A stretch of DNA of 32,000 bases from Wigglesworthia glossinidia endosymbiont of Glossina morsitans morsitans (Yale colony) (GTDB lineage: Bacteria; Pseudomonadota; Gammaproteobacteria; Enterobacterales; Enterobacteriaceae): assembly GCF_000247565.1 (NCBI RefSeq), contig NC_016893.1:300001-332000 (forward strand), read 5' to 3'. This document shows, in pieces, positions 29,696 to 32,000 of this stretch (the first letter of the stretch is position 1; the number at the start of each line of letters is the position of its first letter). Made by a program: the position numbers and the translations under genes. The notes under the pieces are model-generated. The model saw only the letters and a program-made list of their open reading frames with translations, made no database searches and was not told where the DNA came from.

Positions 29696-29933
29696 TAAAT
29701 GAGAAGACTTTATAATAATTTCACGAACATATAATTATAAATTTAACTTTTTAAAAAAAATAATCTATATTTTATTTAAATGATATAAAAATTATTTTTA
29801 CTTATCATTTTAAATTTTTAATAAAAATTAAATTTATAGCATTATTGTTTTAATTTAAAAAATTGCTAATATTTGTATATTGTATTTTTTAACATAAATT
29901 ATCAAAAAATATATACAATTTTAAATACAAAAT

Positions 29934-31703
29934 ATGTCAAACAAATATAAAAATATAAAAAATAGAATATTTTATCTTCGTAAAAAACTTAACTTGTGGT
30001 CAGATTATTATTATAATAAAAATCAATCTTTAGTTGAAGATTCAGTATACGACTTTAATTTATTAAAACTAAGTAAATTAGAACATAAATACCCGTTTTT
30101 ACGTTCTCAAGATTCACCTACACAAGCAATAGGACAAGATTGTAATGTAAAACTTTTACAGATACAACATAAATCTTTAATGCTATCTTTAGATAGCATT
30201 TCTAACAACACAGAATTATTCAAATTCAATAAAAAAATACAAAAAATTCTCAATACCGGAGAAGAAATCACATATTGTTGCGAATTAAAAATTGACGGAT
30301 TAGCTATAAATTTAACATATGAATACGGAATACTCGTTCGAGCCTCTACTCGAGGAAATGGAGTTTTTGGCGAAGATGTAACAAAAAATGCCTTAATGAT
30401 GCAAACAATACCGTATAATTTAAAAACAAATGATACTGCTTGTAAATATATAGAAATAAGAGGAGAAGTTTTTATTAATAAATCCAAATTTTTCAAACTT
30501 AATGAAGTAGCTAAGTTAAATAATAAAAAATTATTTTCTAATCCGCGTAACGCTGCTTCGGGTTCTTTAAGACAAATTAATCCAAAGATTACAGAAAACA
30601 GATATTTAATGTTTTATGCTTATGGAATTGGCTACTCAGATGGATATAAATTACCGGATAGTCAGTATAAAAGATTAAAAATTTTGAAATTATGGAACAT
30701 ACCAACTAATCATTATACAAAGATTTGCGTAGGACTACATCAAATTGTTAATTATTACAATACAATTAAAAAAATTCGAAAAACTTTAGATTTTGAAATA
30801 GATGGCATTGTAATAAAAGTAGACTCTATATTACATCAAAATAAAATAGGATGTGTTGCTAAAGCACCAAAATGGGCTATCGCTTATAAGTTTCCAGCAT
30901 TAGAAAAAATTACAAAAATCATAAGTGTAGATTTTACTATCGGTCGTACAGGAATTGTAACACCTATAGCTCAAATTAAACCTGTATGTTTTTTAGGTAC
31001 AATTGTAAAATTTGTTTCTTTATATAATTTTAATGAAATAAATAGATTAAATGTTATGATTAATGATACCGTAATTGTAAAACATGTAGGAGAAGTCATT
31101 CCCAAAATTTCTAAAGTAATATTTTCGAAGCGTACAAAAAATGCAAAAAAAATTATTTTTCCTAAAAAATGTAAAATCTGCGATTCAGATATTATAAGTA
31201 TTGTAGGCAAAAAAAAATGGTACTGCAGTGGAGGTATCACATGTCATGCACAAAAAAAAGCAGCTTTAATACATTTTGCTTCTCGTAATGCTTTAAATAT
31301 TCGAGGCATGGGAAAAAAAATAATTTCTAAGCTAGTAGATAAAAAAATTTTAATTACTCCGGCAGATTTTTTTCGATTAGATCTCAAAAAAATTACACGT
31401 ATTAATAAAATTCAATTGAAATCCGGAAAAAATTTAATCAATTCTATTAAAAATTCTAAAGAAGTAAAATTACATCGTCTTATATACGGCTTAGGTATTC
31501 CCCAAGTCGGATTAACAACGTCTATAAATCTTGAGAATTACTATAAAACATATTACAATTTTATAAATTCTGATTTTCATTCATTATTAAAAATAAAAGA
31601 TATAGGTCAATCTACAGCTGTATGTATTAGAAAATTTTTAGAAAATAAAAATAACATAAGTTTTATACAAGATTTATTGCAACTAAACTTAAAAATAAAA
31701 TAA
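29934..31703 (+). CDS. ligA: NAD-dependent DNA ligase LigA, lacking the C-terminal BRCT domain
   Basis: 589 aa; DSVYDFNLLKLSKLE, CELKIDGLAINLTYEYG (KxDG), zinc finger C-x2-C...C-x5-C, HhH region; ends before any BRCT sequence. Confidence 0.95.
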   Translation: MSNKYKNIKNRIFYLRKKLNLWSDYYYNKNQSLVEDSVYDFNLLKLSKLEHKYPFLRSQDSPTQAIGQDCNVKLLQIQHKSLMLSLDSISNNTELFKFNKKIQKILNTGEEITYCCELKIDGLAINLTYEYGILVRASTRGNGVFGEDVTKNALMMQTIPYNLKTNDTACKYIEIRGEVFINKSKFFKLNEVAKLNNKKLFSNPRNAASGSLRQINPKITENRYLMFYAYGIGYSDGYKLPDSQYKRLKILKLWNIPTNHYTKICVGLHQIVNYYNTIKKIRKTLDFEIDGIVIKVDSILHQNKIGCVAKAPKWAIAYKFPALEKITKIISVDFTIGRTGIVTPIAQIKPVCFLGTIVKFVSLYNFNEINRLNVMINDTVIVKHVGEVIPKISKVIFSKRTKNAKKIIFPKKCKICDSDIISIVGKKKWYCSGGITCHAQKKAALIHFASRNALNIRGMGKKIISKLVDKKILITPADFFRLDLKKITRINKIQLKSGKNLINSIKNSKEVKLHRLIYGLGIPQVGLTTSINLENYYKTYYNFINSDFHSLLKIKDIGQSTAVCIRKFLENKNNISFIQDLLQLNLKIK

Positions 31704-32000
31704 TTTACTTTCTTTTTCAAAGAATTAATCAACAACAACAATTATATGATATAAAATCTGAATAATAGAAAATAAAAAATTTTATATAAAATCTATTTTA
31801 CATTAAACAATTATCTTTTTAAGATAAAAATGAACAATATGCATATTAATTTATGATATGTACAGAATTTATTGAACTTCAAAAAAAATATAAGATTAAT
31901 TCTTGCAATATTTTTTATTTTTAAAATTAAAATAAATTAATGTCAAAATGTTTAACTAACTTAAAATCAATAAATACGAGATAAAAGGATGGACAATAAC

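Noticed and set aside
30107-31240. 129-aa and 89-aa minus-strand ORFs (30107-30496 and 30971-31240)
   Set aside because: Antisense to conserved ligA coding sequence.
1-32000. Search for a novel defense system, phage, IS element, CRISPR array or toxin-antitoxin module
   Set aside because: All substantial ORFs are assignable to housekeeping or vitamin-synthesis families; no transposase, repeat-spacer structure or unknown conserved gene cluster is visible.

Overview
This is an AT-rich, gene-dense window from a reduced, Enterobacterales-like (insect-endosymbiont-type) gammaproteobacterial genome. Blocks of E. coli-like gene order are preserved: valS/pepA/lptF-lptG, divergent bioA / bioB-F-C-D, dolP/rsmI/rnpB, panB-panC, ybeY-lnt, gyrA/ubiG, asd/yhgN, lysS-prfB-recJ, sdhE/ygfZ, mtnN, tRNA-Ser and ligA. 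I see no mobile element, CRISPR array, phage or defense system, and I do not claim a novel system. The observations most worth checking are: (1) ybeY and recJ are each split in the ORF track by a single frameshift exactly at a long poly-A tract (A9 and A12), and repairing each tract gives the expected 155-aa and 577-aa proteins; (2) prfB keeps its programmed CUU-UGA-C +1 frameshift but the upstream Shine-Dalgarno-like stimulator is degraded; the ORF track shows only the part after the shift; (3) LigA lacks the BRCT domain and GyrA lacks the acidic C-terminal tail and has an altered GyrA-box; (4) the tRNA-Ser(GGA) has a G-A mismatch in the anticodon stem and no encoded CCA; (5) perfect inverted repeats occur in several intergenic regions; (6) convergent gene pairs are packed so tightly that there is no room for terminators.
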